Source: an uncultured Thermoleophilia bacterium (GTDB lineage: Bacteria > Actinomycetota > Thermoleophilia > UBA2241). From it: a stretch of DNA of 64,000 bases. The translations under genes and the position numbers were made by a program. The stretch lies in assembly GCA_963715985.1 (NCBI GenBank), contig CAVQSP010000003.1, positions 32,001-96,000 on the forward strand, written 5' to 3'. Shown here one piece after another: positions 1 to 13,304 of this stretch; position 1 is the first letter of the stretch, and the number at the start of each line of letters is the position of its first letter. Under the pieces are notes generated by a model. It saw nothing but the letters and a program-made list of their open reading frames with translations, did not search any database and had not been told where the DNA came from.

Positions 1-863
1 GCGGAGGGCGGACGGATCACGGCCCACTACGATTCCATGATCGCGAAACTCATCACCCACGACGCGACCCGCGCAGGAGCCGTTGCCATGATGCGGCGGG
101 CACTCGACCAGTTCGTGGTCCGGGGGGTCGCCACCAACATCGCCTTCCAGGCGGCGCTGCTGCGGCACGAGAGGTTCGTCGCCGGCGACTTCCACACCGG
201 GTTCCTGGCCGAGGAGTACCCGCACGGGTTCAACGCCGCCGACATGCCTCACGTCGACCAGGCGCTGCTCGTGGCCGCCGCCGCTTTCGTGCACCGGGCG
301 CGCATCGACCGGCAGGCCTCGGTCAGCGGCCAGCTGCCAGGGCACGAGCTCAAGGTCGCCGAGGAGTGGACGGTGGTGCTCGATGGGGAGCAGCACCCGG
401 TGACCGTGCGGCCCGTGCGTGGCGGCTACCTGGTGATCGACGATGGCCAGAGCCGCGAGATCGTCTCGAGCTGGCGGCTCGGCGAGCCGCTGCTGTGCGG
501 CGCCTGCAACGGGGAGTCCTTCTGCGTCCAGGTCGAACACATCGGGCAGAGATACCGGCTCACGCACGGGGGCACGCAGTCGGACCTCAGGGTCATGACC
601 GCGCGCACCACCGAACTGCTGGAGCGCATGCCCGAGAAGCCCGAGCGCGACCTCTCGCGGTTCCTGCTGTCCCCCATGCCCGGCCTCGTGACGCTCCTCG
701 AGGTCGCCGAGGGCCAGGCGGTGCGGGTCGGCGACCCGCTCCTTGTGATCGAAGCGATGAAGATGGAGAATATCCTCAGGGCCGACCACGATTGTGTGAT
801 CGACCGGCTCCTGGTCGAGCCGGGCGACAACGTCGCGGTCGGTCAGCGCGTGATGGAGTTCAG

Positions 864-867
<4 letters not shown>
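1..867 (+). CDS. pccA: acetyl/propionyl-CoA carboxylase biotin carboxylase/BCCP subunit, C-terminal part (5'-truncated by window edge)
   Basis: YDSMIAKLI biotin-carboxylase C-terminal motif and biotin attachment motif EAMKMEN; adjacent to methylmalonyl-CoA mutase. Confidence 0.85.
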
Positions 868-3049
<2,182 letters not shown>

Positions 3050-3053
<4 letters not shown>

Positions 3054-4060
3054 GCCCGCCGCCGGCTGGGCCGAAGCTCCCTTCGCCGCACCACGAGCTC
3101 GTCCGGGGAGTGTGCGGCGGGAGCCGCCGCGCGCTGGCCAAGGCCATCACCCTGGTCGAGTCGACGCGCGCGGACGACCTGCGTGCGGCCGACGCCCTGC
3201 TCGACGCCCTGCACCCGCATACGGGGGGGGCGCTTCGCATCGGGCTCTCGGGTGCGCCGGGCGCCGGCAAGTCGACGCTCGTCGAGGCGCTCGGTCTGCA
3301 CATCGTCGCCGAAGGTCACAGGCCGGCCGTGCTGGCGGTCGACCCGTCGTCGTCCCTCTCGGGGGGATCGGTGCTCGGCGACAAGACGCGCATGGAGCGT
3401 CTCTCCCGCGAGGAGGCCGCGTTCATCCGGCCGTCTCCGTCGGCCGGCGCCCCCGGCGGCGTGGCGGCGCGCACGCCCGAGGCCATCGAGGTGTGCGAGG
3501 CAGCCGGGTTCGACGTCGTGATCGTGGAGACCGTGGGAGTCGGCCAGGCCGAGATCGAGGTCGCGGGAATGACCGACGTGTTCGTGCTGCTGGAGCTGCC
3601 GTTCGCCGGCGACGGCCTGCAGGCGATCAAGAGGGGGAGCACGGAGCTGGCCGACCTCGTCGTCTACGCGAAGGCCGATCTCGACGAGGTCGCAGCGGAG
3701 GCGGCGTGCGCGCGCATGAGCGACGCGCTCGGCCTGCTGCACCCTCCGTCGCCTGCTTGGCGGCCGCGCGCCCTGACGGTGAGCGCCCTCACCGGGCGGG
3801 GTATCGCCGAGCTCTGGGCGACGCTGGAAGAAGCCCGGGATTCTCTGGTCGCGGCGGGGGCGGTCACGGCCCGGCGGCGGCGTCAGAGCGTCGCCCGCAT
3901 GTGGCGTCTCATCGACGCCGAACTACGGGCGGGCTTCGCGAGTGACGCCGCCGTGAAGGCCCGGCTCGCCGAGGTCCAGGAGGCGGTCGCGCGCGGCGAG
4001 ATGACTGCGGCGGCGGCGGCGGGCGAACTGCTGCTGCTTGCCGGCCGCCGAGCGCGATAG
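3050..4060 (+). CDS. meaB: methylmalonyl-CoA mutase-associated GTPase MeaB
   Basis: [10 protein letters not shown]-loop, [20 protein letters not shown]; GTG at 3050 overlaps mutase stop; ends in TAG. Confidence 0.92.
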
Positions 4061-4106
4061 CGAGCGCGCGGGGGCCCTCCGGGGCCGTGGCCCGCGGGCA
4101 CCCCGC

Positions 4107-4580
4107 TCAGTCCGCGCGGCCCAGCGCGTCGATGACCGCAGGGGGCGCCTGAACGAGCTCGATGAGCACGCCCTCGCCCCCGATCGGCGACGCCTCGTCG
4201 CCCTTCGGGTGGATGAAGCAGACGTCGTGCCCGGCCGCACCCTTGCGGATGCCTCCCGGCGTGAAGCGCACGCCCCTCGCCCTCAGCCACTCGTAGGCGG
4301 CCGCGAGATCGTCCACCCACAGCCCCATGTGGTTGAGGGCGGGTTCGTCCACGCGAGGCTTCGCCGCGGGGTCAACGGGCTGCATCAGGTCGATCTCACA
4401 GTGCTGCCGTCCGCGGCCCACCGACACGATGTCTTCGTCCACGTTCTCCGCGGTGCACCGGTAGCTGCCGGTGAGCGTCAAGCCGAGGATCTCGATCCAG
4501 AGCCCCGTGAGGCGACCCTTGTCGGGCGCGCCGATCGCGACCTGTTGGATCCCCAGGACCACGAACGGTCGCTCGGGCAT
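4107..4580 (-). CDS. VOC-family protein, probable methylmalonyl-CoA epimerase
   Basis: LGIQQVAIG...[13 protein letters not shown]...CFIHPK...[10 protein letters not shown]; mutase context; start codon uncertain. Confidence 0.8.
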   Translation of the reverse strand: MPERPFVVLGIQQVAIGAPDKGRLTGLWIEILGLTLTGSYRCTAENVDEDIVSVGRGRQHCEIDLMQPVDPAAKPRVDEPALNHMGLWVDDLAAAYEWLRARGVRFTPGGIRKGAAGHDVCFIHPKGDEASPIGGEGVLIELVQAPPAVIDALGRAD

Positions 4581-4893
4581 CGTCACGCTCCCTTTGCGGG
4601 TCATCTGCGCGCCTGCCGTGGCATCCCTCGCGAGTCGGCCCGGCCGGCCGCGCGCGGACGATTCTATCGCCAAGTGGACGACGCAGGTCCTCCAGCCCGT
4701 GGTTGAGTCCCTCATCCTGCAAGCGGACGGCGGGCAACGGGCTCACGTCCGCCGGTCTGGGGCAGCCGACCCGGGTCGGTGCCGGCGGCGAGCCGATCCC
4801 CTGCCCCGCCTTCGTCGACCGCCTGCGCCTCGTCCTCCCCCCGTGGGGGGACGATTGCGTCCCAGCACACGCCTTCCGGCGCGTGCCTTGTTG

Positions 4894-4941
4894 TTGACAG
4901 ACGTCAGCCCAGTGCCTATGGTGACCACCATACGTGTGGTG
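4894..4941 (+). promoter_or_regulatory. sigma70-type promoter with CACCA-N6-TGGTG operator (amidase gene)
   Basis: TTGACA 4894-4899, 17 nt, TATGGT 4917-4922, then CACCAtacgtgTGGTG 4926-4941. Confidence 0.7.
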
Positions 4942-5077
4942 CAGAGGCGGGCGCAGCTTCGCTGTTGCCGGCCGCCGGCACGACGTTGCAGGACACCACG
5001 ACACATGAACAACGGCGTGCGACCGAGACGTGCTCAGTACGGACGGTCGCCGTCGAAGCCGGCGGGGAGGCGACACC

Positions 5078-6535
5078 ATGTTGGATCCGGTCGAGTACGC
5101 GACGTTCGACGGTCTCGGGCTGGCAGCGCTCGTCGAGAGCGGCGAGGTCTCGGCGGCCGAGACTGCGACCGCCGCGCTCGCCGCGAACGACATCGTCGAC
5201 CGGCAGCTTCGCGCGGTTGTGGAGACCTACGAGGAGGCGCGGCACAGCACTCCCGCGGACCTCGGCGACGGGCCGTTCCGGGGCGTGCCCTTCCTGATCA
5301 AGGACATGGGCCCGCACTTCGGGGGCCTCAAGCTGGAGTTCGGCAGCCGCCTCTGTGAGGGATACACGCCGGCCGAGGACGACTTCTTCGCACGACTCGT
5401 GAAGGAGTCCGGAGTGTCCCTCGTCGGTCGCTCGAACACGCCCGAGTTCTCCATGGCGCTCTGCGCGGACAACCTACTGTACGGGGCCACGTCCAACCCG
5501 TGGCGGGCCGGCTACTCGACCAGCGGGTCGTCCGGCGGCGCGGCGGCTGCGGTCGCCGCCGGCATCGTGCCGGTCGCGCACGGCTCCGATCTGGGCGGGT
5601 CGATCCGCGGCCCGGCCGCCTGGTGCGGCACGGTAGGCCTGCAGCCCTCCCGCGGCCGCGTCTCCTGCGGTCCCGCCGTCGCCGAGTCGGGCAACGGCAT
5701 GTCGCAGAACTTCGTCCTCACGCGGTCCGTCCGTGACACCGCCGCGATGCTGGACTGCCTGGGCCGACCTCAAGCCGGCGACCCGTTCGTCATCCCCCGG
5801 CCCGAGCGGCCCTACCTGGACTACGTCTCGGGCCTGCGCGAGCGCCGGCGCATCGCCTGGTCGGCCGCTCCCCTCATGGACGCGCCTGTCGATCCGGAGG
5901 TCGCGACCGCAGTGGAGCGCGTGGCCGGCGTGTTGCAGGAACTCGGTCACGAGGTCGTCGAGGACGCCCCGGACATCGATCTGCCGGCGCTCGACCGCGC
6001 CCTCTTCGAGGTCTGGTACTTTCGCTTCGACAAACGGCTCGACGAGCTGGCGGCGTCGGTCGGGCGGGCGGTCGGACCCGAGACCGTCGGGCGGGCGACG
6101 CTACGCTTCTACGAGTTCGCGCGCCGCCAGGACCCGGAGCGCTTCTACGCGGCTCTGGACGCGCTCAACTCCGCGCGACGCGCCTTCGGGCCCTTCTTCA
6201 CAGACTACGACGTGTGGCTCTCCCCGACCTGCGCCCAGGTCGCCCAGCCCAACGGGGTGTATGGGATGGACCTCGACCTGCAGCCCGAGGAGTTCCTCCA
6301 GCACGAGCAGCGTCCGTGCCAGTACATGGTCGTGTACAACATGGCCGGCACGCCGGCGATCTCGCTGCCGCTCGAGCAGCACAGCGGCGGGCTCCCCATC
6401 GGCGTCCAGCTGGGCGCGGGTCCCGCACGCGAGCACGTGCTCATCGGGCTGGCGGGGGAGCTGGAGGAGGCGCTCCCGTGGGCGGCAAGAGTGCCGCCCC
6501 TGCACGTCACCAGGCTCCAAGGCGCGACGACCTGA
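5078..6535 (+). CDS. amidase signature family protein
   Basis: GVPFLIKD, GSSGGAAAAVAAG, GSDLGGSIRGPAAWCG; GGGGAGG RBS before ATG 5078. Confidence 0.92.
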   Translation: MLDPVEYATFDGLGLAALVESGEVSAAETATAALAANDIVDRQLRAVVETYEEARHSTPADLGDGPFRGVPFLIKDMGPHFGGLKLEFGSRLCEGYTPAEDDFFARLVKESGVSLVGRSNTPEFSMALCADNLLYGATSNPWRAGYSTSGSSGGAAAAVAAGIVPVAHGSDLGGSIRGPAAWCGTVGLQPSRGRVSCGPAVAESGNGMSQNFVLTRSVRDTAAMLDCLGRPQAGDPFVIPRPERPYLDYVSGLRERRRIAWSAAPLMDAPVDPEVATAVERVAGVLQELGHEVVEDAPDIDLPALDRALFEVWYFRFDKRLDELAASVGRAVGPETVGRATLRFYEFARRQDPERFYAALDALNSARRAFGPFFTDYDVWLSPTCAQVAQPNGVYGMDLDLQPEEFLQHEQRPCQYMVVYNMAGTPAISLPLEQHSGGLPIGVQLGAGPAREHVLIGLAGELEEALPWAARVPPLHVTRLQGATT

Positions 6536-6575
6536 CGCTGCCGGTCGCGAGCGGCCGCCGGCCGGCGGCCGCTCG

Positions 6576-7727
6576 TCATCGGGCGCCCGGGCGACCCAGA
6601 CGCTTGGGCGACCTCAGCCCGTACTCGTCCAAGACGGCGCGCAGCCGTTTACCGTCGAGTGCATGGGCGATGACGCCGTCGCGACCCTCCATGGTCTCCG
6701 CCTGCAGCAACGCGTTCAGGACGGCCTCCGCGGTCACCTCGGCGGCGGCCTGCAGGAGGGCGTCGATGTGCGGCAATGAGACCCACTCGGCGCTCAGACG
6801 AACCGGGCCCCCGACGCCGTAGTCCTGGCGCGGTATGCCCTGATCCGCCGTGCTGAAGGCGAAGAAGATGTCACCGGAGTAGTGGTCGCCGTAGGCGCCG
6901 AGGAACGCCAGTCCAAGGCCGGCCCGCTGCGCCACGCGCCGGAGTTGCGTCGGCAGGAGAGGCGCGTCGGTGGCCAGCACGACGATGATGGAGCCGGCTC
7001 GCACCGGACCACGCTCTTCGGGCAGTACCGGCAGCGGGACCACGCTGTCGTCCAGGATCTGGCCGACGGGGACGCCGTTCACGGCGAAGACCTCGCGCGA
7101 GGAGTGGTTGGCCTGCACGAGCGCGCCTATCGTGAATTGTTCGCCGGGCAGCTCGACGGTACGTGAGGCACTGCCCGTGCCGCCTTTGAAGCCGTGGCAC
7201 ACCATGCCGGTGCCGCCGCCGACGTTGCCTTCAGGCACCGGCCCGTCCGCCGCCCGCGCGAGCGCCTCGACTACGTGCTCGGCGCGCACGTGCTGCCCAC
7301 CGATGTCGTTCAGGACACCGTCCCACGTCTCGGCCACGTGCGGCATGCTCCAGTAGAGCTTGCCCGGGCCGCGCGCCTCGACCTCACGGCGCACGAGGGC
7401 GTCGCGCACGACGCCGACGCTATGCGTGTTGGTGAGGGCGATCGGCGACATCAAGAGGCCGCTCTCACGCACCCACTCGAGGCCGGTGAACTCGCCGTTG
7501 CCATTGAGCGTGTGGCACCCGGCGAACAGCGGCTGCTCGCTGATCTCGCCATCGCGCGGCACCACGACGGTAACGCCGGTGCGCACCGGCCCCCGGCCGA
7601 CCACCAGGGCTCCCGCGCCCTCCACCAGGGTAACGCAGCCGACACGCACACCGGGCACGTCGGTGATGGCGTTCCCGGGCCCCGGAACGCCCAGGCCGAT
7701 CTCGATGCCAAGGTCTCTGGCTCGCAT
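6576..7727 (-). CDS. peptidase S58 / DmpA-BapA family (Ntn-like) aminopeptidase
   Basis: NAITDVPGVRVG, GNVGGGTGM and autoprocessing site G|SIIVVLATDAPL. Confidence 0.88.
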   Translation of the reverse strand: MRARDLGIEIGLGVPGPGNAITDVPGVRVGCVTLVEGAGALVVGRGPVRTGVTVVVPRDGEISEQPLFAGCHTLNGNGEFTGLEWVRESGLLMSPIALTNTHSVGVVRDALVRREVEARGPGKLYWSMPHVAETWDGVLNDIGGQHVRAEHVVEALARAADGPVPEGNVGGGTGMVCHGFKGGTGSASRTVELPGEQFTIGALVQANHSSREVFAVNGVPVGQILDDSVVPLPVLPEERGPVRAGSIIVVLATDAPLLPTQLRRVAQRAGLGLAFLGAYGDHYSGDIFFAFSTADQGIPRQDYGVGGPVRLSAEWVSLPHIDALLQAAAEVTAEAVLNALLQAETMEGRDGVIAHALDGKRLRAVLDEYGLRSPKRLGRPGAR

Positions 7728-7761
7728 CAGGGCCTCCCCGCGCGGATTCGCGCGCGAGCGC

Positions 7762-8992
7762 TCATGAGGCGCCGGCCAGCGTCGCGGCGATCGCGTCGAA
7801 CATGGCGACGTGGTCCAGCCACAGATCGTCGTCGAGCGCCATCGGCAGCGTGGACAGCTTCACGATCACCACCTGCGCCGGCACGTTGACATAGACGAAC
7901 TGGCCGTGGATCCCGGAAGCCATGTAGACGCCCTCGTCGGGGCGGATGACCCACCACTGATTGCGATAGAAGGCGAGAGGATACCGGTCGTGCTGTTCGG
8001 AGCCGGCGAAGGCGGCCAGCGAGTCGGGGCCACCGAGACGCGTGTCGTGGACCCACTCGGCGGGGACGATCTGCCGGTCGTTGAAGAAGCCGCCGTCAAG
8101 ATGCATCTGGCCGAATCGCGCCATGTCGCGCAGTGTCGCGCAGATGCCGCCGTCGACCCACGGTCCCCCGTGGTGGTCGACGGTGATCTCGGCGTCTTCC
8201 TGGGCGCCCAAGGGAGCCCAGACAGCCTCGCTCAGCAGGTCCGCCACCGATGCGTCGGCGGCGCGCGCGAGTACCCATCCCAGCACGTCGGTGAGGATCG
8301 ATCGATACTCGAAGGTGCCCCCGTGTGCGCGGTCGTTCGACAGCGTGGGCACGTACCCGTAGAGACCGGGTGAGACCTGGCCGGGCGGCGGCGGTCCCCA
8401 GTCCGCGACCCAATCGAGCATGCCCGCGTCCGACGACGGATCCTCGTAATCCTCGATGAAGTGCGTGCCCGTACGCATGTCGAGGAGGTGGCGCACCGTC
8501 GCCCCTTCGAAGGAGGTGCCGCGCAACTCCGTGAGCACATCGATGACGAGGTCGTCGGGCGTGAGTTGGCCGCGGCCGATGACGACGCCCGCCAGGGTGC
8601 CGATGACCGATTTGGAGACCGACATGAGCAGGTGGCGTGTCGCGGGCGTCATGGCGTTGAAGTAGCGTTCGGTCGCCACGCGGCCGTGGTGCAGCGCCAG
8701 AAGCCCATCCGTGTAGGTGCGCCCGAGCTGCTCCGGTACGGTCACGACCTCGCCCTGCGTTGTGAGAGACGTGACGGCGTCGAGATCGACGGGAGCGGGT
8801 TCCAGGCTGCTCACGGGTCCGTCCCCACGCCACACCCGTGCCGCCGGCACGAGCTCACCGACGTGCTGGAACGACCAGCGGTGGAACGGAGCCTTCTCCC
8901 AGTTCCAGAATGTGACCTCTTTGTCGGTGGGAGGAGGGGAGCCTTTGCATGAGCCCCAATTCGGCGGCGGTCTGGGGTGCCTCGCTCGTCAT
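7762..8992 (-). CDS. beta-lactamase-fold serine hydrolase, NylB-like (frameshift near 8945)
   Basis: SxxK (MSVSKS), YRSILTDVLG, YRNQWW, GIHGQ; removing one A in CAAAGGC joins the N-terminus MTSEAPQTAAELGLMQ to the main frame. Confidence 0.82.
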
Positions 8993-9117
8993 GATGTCTC
9001 TCCTTTGTCCGGCACGGGTGTCGGCCGACCTCCGTTCTCCCACGAGGTGCGGGCGCGGCGGGCCGGTCGACCGGTGGTGAAGGTCAGTCCAGTCCGTCGC
9101 GGTCGCGGGGCACGTCT

Positions 9118-10221
9118 TCAGGGTCGATCGCTTCGCCGCGCATCACCGCCGCCACCGTCCCAGCCCCTTCTCCGTAGGCCTGCGCCGTGTCCGCGCCCGC
9201 CGACGGGCTCGAACACAGTGTGCCGATCCTCGAACCCTTTGGCGACCGGCAGCGCGTCGAGCGGCAGGTGGCAGGCGCGGCGCGTCCCTCCGTCCGGCGT
9301 TTGCAGCATCTCGGGCGCGGACTGCTCGCAGACGTTCATGCGATAGGCGCAGCGCGGATGGAAGCGGCACCCGGGCGGCGGATCCACGGCGCTGGGCACG
9401 TCGCCGGGCAGCACGCCGAGCGCGCTGCGCTGGTCGGGGTCGGGCGACGGCACGCTCGCAAGCAGCGCGACCGTGTACGGATGACGAGGCCGGCGGAAGA
9501 GCTCGGCGGCCGGCCCCTCCTCGACGATCTTGCCCAGGTACATCACGGCGACCTTGTCGGCCACAGACTCGACCACGGCGAGGTCGTGGGCCACCAGCAG
9601 GTACGACAGACCGAGACGTTCCTTGAGCTCCTGCAACAGGACGAGGATGCGCGCCTGCACCGACACGTCGAGCGCCGACGTGGGCTCGTCCAGCACCACC
9701 ACGTCGGGCTCGAGGGCGATGGCGCGCGCGATGGCGATGCGCTGGCACTGCCCGCCGCTGAACTCATGCGAGCGGCGCCAGAGATGCTGCGTACCCAGAC
9801 CGACCATCTCGAGCAACGCCACGACGCGCTCCTCGAGCTGCTTGCCGCTCATGTGCCCGTGCGCCCGCAGGGGCTCGGCTACGAGGTCGTGAACCGTCAT
9901 CCTCGGATCGAGCGAGGAGTACGGATCCTGGAAGACGATCTGCACACGGCGCTTCATGTCGCGCCGCTCCCGCGCGCTGTGCTCGGTCACGCCGCGGCCT
10001 TCGAAGCAGACGCGGCCGGAGGTCGGCTTGTTCAGCTGCAGCAGCGCCTCCGCGACCGTGGTCTTGCCCGAACCAGACTCGCCGACCAGCGCCAGGGTCT
10101 CGCCGGCCTCGATGCCGAACGAGACGTCGTCGACTGCGTGCACCACCAGCATCGACTTGCGCGACAGGCCGCGGCGGACCTTGAAGTGCACCGTGAGGCC
10201 CTCCACAGACAGCAGGCTCAC
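9118..10221 (-). CDS. oligopeptide/dipeptide ABC transporter ATP-binding protein (DppF/OppF-like)
   Basis: GESGSGKT, FSGGQCQR, LDEPTSALD, C-terminal GCRFHPRC. Confidence 0.92.
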   Translation of the reverse strand: MSLLSVEGLTVHFKVRRGLSRKSMLVVHAVDDVSFGIEAGETLALVGESGSGKTTVAEALLQLNKPTSGRVCFEGRGVTEHSARERRDMKRRVQIVFQDPYSSLDPRMTVHDLVAEPLRAHGHMSGKQLEERVVALLEMVGLGTQHLWRRSHEFSGGQCQRIAIARAIALEPDVVVLDEPTSALDVSVQARILVLLQELKERLGLSYLLVAHDLAVVESVADKVAVMYLGKIVEEGPAAELFRRPRHPYTVALLASVPSPDPDQRSALGVLPGDVPSAVDPPPGCRFHPRCAYRMNVCEQSAPEMLQTPDGGTRRACHLPLDALPVAKGFEDRHTVFEPVGGRGHGAGLRRRGWDGGGGDARRSDRP

Positions 10222-11216
10222 GCCGTCACCGTCAATTGCGTCGCGTCGAGGCGCTCTGCCACGTAGTGGCATGACACCCAGTGTTCGTCCGAGATGGGCG
10301 TCGGCTGCGGCTTCTCGCCGACGCAGCGGTCCATGGCGTGCTTGCAGCGTGGGTGGTAGCGGCAGCCGGACGGCGGATCGATGAGGTCAGGCACCGAGCC
10401 GGGGATGGTCGACAGCTCGCCGGCTTTCTTGCCGTGGGGCAGGCACTCGTAGAGCGCCACGGTGTAGGGGTGTTGCGGGTGTTTCATCACGTCGCTCGTG
10501 CGCCCTTGTTCGACGACGGTTCCGGCGTACATCACCGCGACCCGGTCGGTGGTCTGCGCTGCGACGCCGACGTTGTGCGTGATGAGGATCTGCGCGACTC
10601 CGAGCTCTTGCCGCAGGTCGAGCAGGAGCTGAAGGATCTGCGACTGGATGGTCACGTCGAGAGCCGTCGTCGGCTCGTCGGCGATGAGCAGGGGCGAGCC
10701 ACACGAGATCGCCATGGCCATGCAGGCACGCTGGCGCATGCCGCCGCTCAGCTGGTGCGGATACGAGTCCAGGATGGTGTCCGTCGTCGGCAGCCCTGTG
10801 GCCGCCAGTGCGCGCCTCGTGGCCTCCCGCGCTTCCTTCGCCGGCACGCGTTTGTGCGTGCGGATGACCCGGGTGATCTGCTCGCCGATCGTGAACACAG
10901 GGTTCAGGGATGCGAGTGGGTCCTGAAACACCATGGAGATGACCTTGCCACGGATGAGCTGCATCTCCTCGTCGCTCTTTGCGAGGAGGCTCTCGCCACG
11001 AAAGAGGATGTCGCCGCTGGTGATACGCACCTGCTGCTTGGGCAGGAGGCCGAGCACCGCGAAGCCGGTGACGGTCTTGCCGCACCCGGATTCGCCTACG
11101 AGCCCGAGGATCTCGCGCTCGCGCACGGTCAGGTTGACGCCGTCGAGCGCCTTCACGACGCCGCGCAGACTGACGAACTCAAGGTGCAGATCGCGGATCT
11201 CGAGGAGGTCGCCCAT
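10218..11216 (-). CDS. oligopeptide/dipeptide ABC transporter ATP-binding protein (DppD/OppD-like)
   Basis: GESGCGKT, LSGGMRQR, ADEPTTALDV. Confidence 0.92.
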   Translation of the reverse strand: MGDLLEIRDLHLEFVSLRGVVKALDGVNLTVREREILGLVGESGCGKTVTGFAVLGLLPKQQVRITSGDILFRGESLLAKSDEEMQLIRGKVISMVFQDPLASLNPVFTIGEQITRVIRTHKRVPAKEAREATRRALAATGLPTTDTILDSYPHQLSGGMRQRACMAMAISCGSPLLIADEPTTALDVTIQSQILQLLLDLRQELGVAQILITHNVGVAAQTTDRVAVMYAGTVVEQGRTSDVMKHPQHPYTVALYECLPHGKKAGELSTIPGSVPDLIDPPSGCRYHPRCKHAMDRCVGEKPQPTPISDEHWVSCHYVAERLDATQLTVTA

Positions 11217-11219
11217 CGC

Positions 11220-12140
11220 CTACCGCCGGGTGCGCGGGTCGAGCACGTCGCGCAAGCCGTCGCCGACGAAGTTGAAGGCAAGGACGAGCATGAAGATGGC
11301 GAGGCCGGCAAAGACCGCCATCCACCACTGCGACAGGATGTAGAGACGGCCTTCGGAGATCATGAGTCCCCAGTCCGGGGTGGGAGGCTGGGCGCCGAGG
11401 CCGATGAAGCTGAGCCCCGCAACGGCGAGGATGACGGTGCCGATGTCGAGCGTGAGCTGCACGATCACGGGCCCCATGGCGTTCGGCAGAATGTGGCTCC
11501 AGATGACTTTGTGGCTGCTCACGCCCATGGTCCTGGCGGCCTTCACATACGGGCGCTGGCGCAACGACACGGCGATGCCGCGCACGAGGCGCGCGTACCA
11601 CGGCCACCAGGTGACTACCAGCGCGATGGCGACGTTACGCAGCCCGGGTCCCGAGAGCGCGACCAGCGCCATGGCCAGGATGAGACTGGGGAACGCCAGG
11701 ATGAGGTCGGTGACTCGCATGATGACCTCGTCGATCCAGCCGCCGAAGTAGCCGGCGACGCCGCCCAGAGGCACGCCGATGAGGATGACGCCGACCGCCA
11801 CAGCGGCGGCGACGGTGAGCGAGACGCGCGCGCCGTAGATGACGCGGCTCAGCACGTCGCGCCCCAGGTTGTCGTTGCCGAACGGGTACTCGGCCGACGG
11901 CGGATGCAGCCGCTCCTTCAGGTTCGATTTGCCTTGGCCCTGGTCGGGGTATGGGGCGACGACGGGGGCGAAGATCGCGACCACGACGACGAAGATGATG
12001 AACGCCAGCCCGACCACGGCCAGCTTGTCCTTGAAGAAGATGCGTACGCTGTGCCGCATCTCGCTGAGTCGCGCCTGGTGACGCAGCCGCCAGTCGGCCA
12101 GGAACCCCGACGGTGTCTGTGCCGGTATCGAACTCGCCAC
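11220..12140 (-). CDS. peptide ABC transporter permease (DppC/OppC-like)
   Basis: GNDNLGRDVLSR, YVKAARTMG, HILPN, PDWGLMI; ends in TAG. Confidence 0.92.
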   Translation of the reverse strand: MASSIPAQTPSGFLADWRLRHQARLSEMRHSVRIFFKDKLAVVGLAFIIFVVVVAIFAPVVAPYPDQGQGKSNLKERLHPPSAEYPFGNDNLGRDVLSRVIYGARVSLTVAAAVAVGVILIGVPLGGVAGYFGGWIDEVIMRVTDLILAFPSLILAMALVALSGPGLRNVAIALVVTWWPWYARLVRGIAVSLRQRPYVKAARTMGVSSHKVIWSHILPNAMGPVIVQLTLDIGTVILAVAGLSFIGLGAQPPTPDWGLMISEGRLYILSQWWMAVFAGLAIFMLVLAFNFVGDGLRDVLDPRTRR

Positions 12141-12150
12141 GTAGCCCTCC

Positions 12151-13173
12151 CTAGTTCAATACCACGCGCGGGTCGATCCAGATGAGCATGAGGTCGACTG
12201 CGAGGTTGACGAAGACGTACACGAGTGCGACGAGCAGGGTCACGCCCATGATGGCGGGGTAGTCCAGCGCGAGCATGGCGTCGGTCGCATACCGGCCGAT
12301 GCCTGGCCAGTTGAAGATGAGCTCGATGAAGAACGCGCCGATGATCGAGTAGGCGAACAGCAACCCCGTCACGGTGAGGACGGGAGCGAGCGCGTTCTTC
12401 AGCGCGTAGCGGTACACGATGACGCGCCTGGGCACACCCATGGCGCGAGCCATGCGGATGTGGTCTTGCTCCATCGATTCGAGCATGGCCGATCGCGTCA
12501 TCCGCATCACGACTCCCGTGGGGTAGGCCGCAAGGGCCAGCACCGGCAGCACGAGGTAGCGCAGGCTCTCTGTGAGGGCCGAGAAGTTGCCCGTGATGAG
12601 CGCGTCGACGAGAGGCATGTGCGTCACCGGGTGGATAGGGTTGCTCTGCATCGTCTCGATGCTCAGCATGTTCGCCACCGGGAACAGGTTGAGGATGCGG
12701 AAGAAGAAGACCTGGAAGAGCAGAGCGATGAAGAACGAGGGGAGCGACACGCCGCCCACGGCGAAGATGCGCATCACGAAGTCGATGAACTTGCCCTTGC
12801 GTTCAGCCGTGAGCGCGCCCAGCGCTACGCCGGCGGGGATCGCGATGAGCATCGAGATGATCACGAGCTGCAGGGTCACCGGCAGGAAGAGCATCATGTC
12901 GCCGAGCACCGGGCGCTTCGTGCGGAGCGACGTGCCCCAGTCGCCCTTCACCAGACCGCTCATGTAGCTCAAGTACTGCTCGTAGAGCGGCCGGTCCAGC
13001 TTGAGGATGCGGCGTGCCTCCTCAAGCGCCGGGCCGCGGGCCATGGGCCCGGCGTAGACGACGGCCGGGTCGGTGGGAATGACGCGCGCGACCGCGAAGG
13101 TGATGACCGAGATGCCGAGCACCACGAACGCCACGAGGGCGAGGCGTCTGACGAGATAGTAGCGAATCGTCAA
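12151..13173 (-). CDS. peptide ABC transporter permease (DppB/OppB-like)
   Basis: YLVRRL N-terminus, GDWGTSL, ARAMG, FNWPGIG; TTG start after AGGAGG; ends in TAG. Confidence 0.9.
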   Translation of the reverse strand: MTIRYYLVRRLALVAFVVLGISVITFAVARVIPTDPAVVYAGPMARGPALEEARRILKLDRPLYEQYLSYMSGLVKGDWGTSLRTKRPVLGDMMLFLPVTLQLVIISMLIAIPAGVALGALTAERKGKFIDFVMRIFAVGGVSLPSFFIALLFQVFFFRILNLFPVANMLSIETMQSNPIHPVTHMPLVDALITGNFSALTESLRYLVLPVLALAAYPTGVVMRMTRSAMLESMEQDHIRMARAMGVPRRVIVYRYALKNALAPVLTVTGLLFAYSIIGAFFIELIFNWPGIGRYATDAMLALDYPAIMGVTLLVALVYVFVNLAVDLMLIWIDPRVVLN

Positions 13174-13304
13174 CTCGGCCGGCCTCCTGTTCGGTGTTCT
13201 GTCGCGGGGCGAAGCAGGAATACGGTGAGGTCCGGGCTTCTGCTGCAGTATCGAAGCGAGGCGCGGCGACCGCTCGAGCGGCCGCCGCGCCTCGCACCGA
13301 CTGA

